NCBI GenBank assembly: GCA_964618765.1
Contig: CAZUDZ010000001.1
Span: 5,826-69,825 of the forward strand
Reading direction: 5' to 3'
DNA: 64,000 nt
Source of the DNA: an uncultured Candidatus Saccharibacteria bacterium
GTDB taxonomy: Bacteria; Patescibacteriota; Dojkabacteria; SC72
Part shown: positions 63,428-64,000 of the stretch, piece after piece
Position numbering within the stretch: the stretch's first letter is position 1
Layout of the letters: every line of letters begins with the position of its first letter
The notes under the pieces: generated by a model
The model's database searches: none
Seen by the model: only the letters and a program-made list of their open reading frames with translations
Told to the model about the DNA's origin: nothing
Program-made: the position numbers and the translations under genes

Positions 63428-64000
63428 CTAGAATTTTCTCTTAATCTTCTCCCCTCTATACATTTCCTCTACTACAAAGGAATTAGTATTAAAGTACAGT
63501 ATCTCTAGCAAAGCTTCAAAACCATGTTGAAACCATTTCATCTTCTTTCCTTGAGAGATATCTCTAGGTTTGTAATATATATCTACCTCCTTAAAACTCA
63601 ACTTTCTTCCATTAAATTTTCTGTATCGTGCTAATTTAGCTGTTAGCTCAGGCTCTAAACCGAAATTGGATTCAGATTCCAATGACTGAAAAAGAGATTT
63701 CATAACATTTCCTCTAACCATCTTATAACAGGTCTCCATATCTTTTGGAGCAAAACCCTTCGATCTGGTAAGCAAATTGGAGGTAGCGGTCACAAACCTA
63801 TTCCCTAAGCTGTGTACTAGATTGTAAAACTCATTTTTTTTGTTAAACCTGTTCCCGTATATTACATCTAAGTGTGGATCTGACAAAAATATTTTTGTAA
63901 ACTTAACCAAGTCGTTAGGATCATATTCCAAATCTGCATCTTGTACTACCACTAAATCTCCGGTAGAGTGTAGAACTCCCTTTTTAACAGTTTGAGATTT
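63428..64000 (-). CDS. GT2 (DPM1-like) glycosyltransferase, 5' truncated by window
   Basis: TGDLVVVQDADLEYDP, YGNRF, DMETCYK, F.LEPELTAK, Y.PR....GKK. Confidence 0.9.
   Translation of the reverse strand, partial: KSQTVKKGVLHSTGDLVVVQDADLEYDPNDLVKFTKIFLSDPHLDVIYGNRFNKKNEFYNLVHSLGNRFVTATSNLLTRSKGFAPKDMETCYKMVRGNVMKSLFQSLESESNFGLEPELTAKLARYRKFNGRKLSFKEVDIYYKPRDISQGKKMKWFQHGFEALLEILYFNTNSFVVEEMYRGEKIKRKF

Noticed and set aside
1-64000. Alternative genetic code 25 (TGA=Gly) as in Gracilibacteria/SR1
   Set aside because: Conserved genes are full length under code 11, and TGA terminates radC and the genes ending at 42230 and 43258

Overview
AT-rich, gene-dense chromosomal segment of a small-genome bacterium using the standard code (TGA is a stop). 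Gene content points to Patescibacteria/CPR, most like Ca. Dojkabacteria (inference): AMP phosphorylase plus R15P isomerase, a stand-alone VirD4/HerA-like ATPase, a DUF916/WxL-like cluster, and rpsB-tsf-frr without pyrH. Most genes are housekeeping (translation, replication, repair, proteases), with tRNA-Ser(TGA) and tRNA-Leu(CAA). Genes are mostly on a G-rich + strand up to about 61 kb. There a 28-bp dif-like site lies just upstream of a single Xer-type recombinase and composition and orientation flip, so the window probably ends at the replication terminus. Best leads: (1) ribosomal protein S2 fused through a coiled coil to an RNA polymerase alpha-CTD-like domain; (2) the dif/single-Xer module with a neighbouring foldable non-coding region; (3) tandem LPxTG-type surface proteins with constant ends, swapped middles and a conserved cytoplasmic tail, next to rseP; (4) pervasive leaderless-gene architecture and a divergent sigma-70; (5) a nuclease-R15Pi-AMPpase scavenging operon; (6) several apparent pseudo-enzymes. 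No CRISPR array, rRNA, transposase or prophage was seen. All calls come from reading motifs by eye; no database searches were run.
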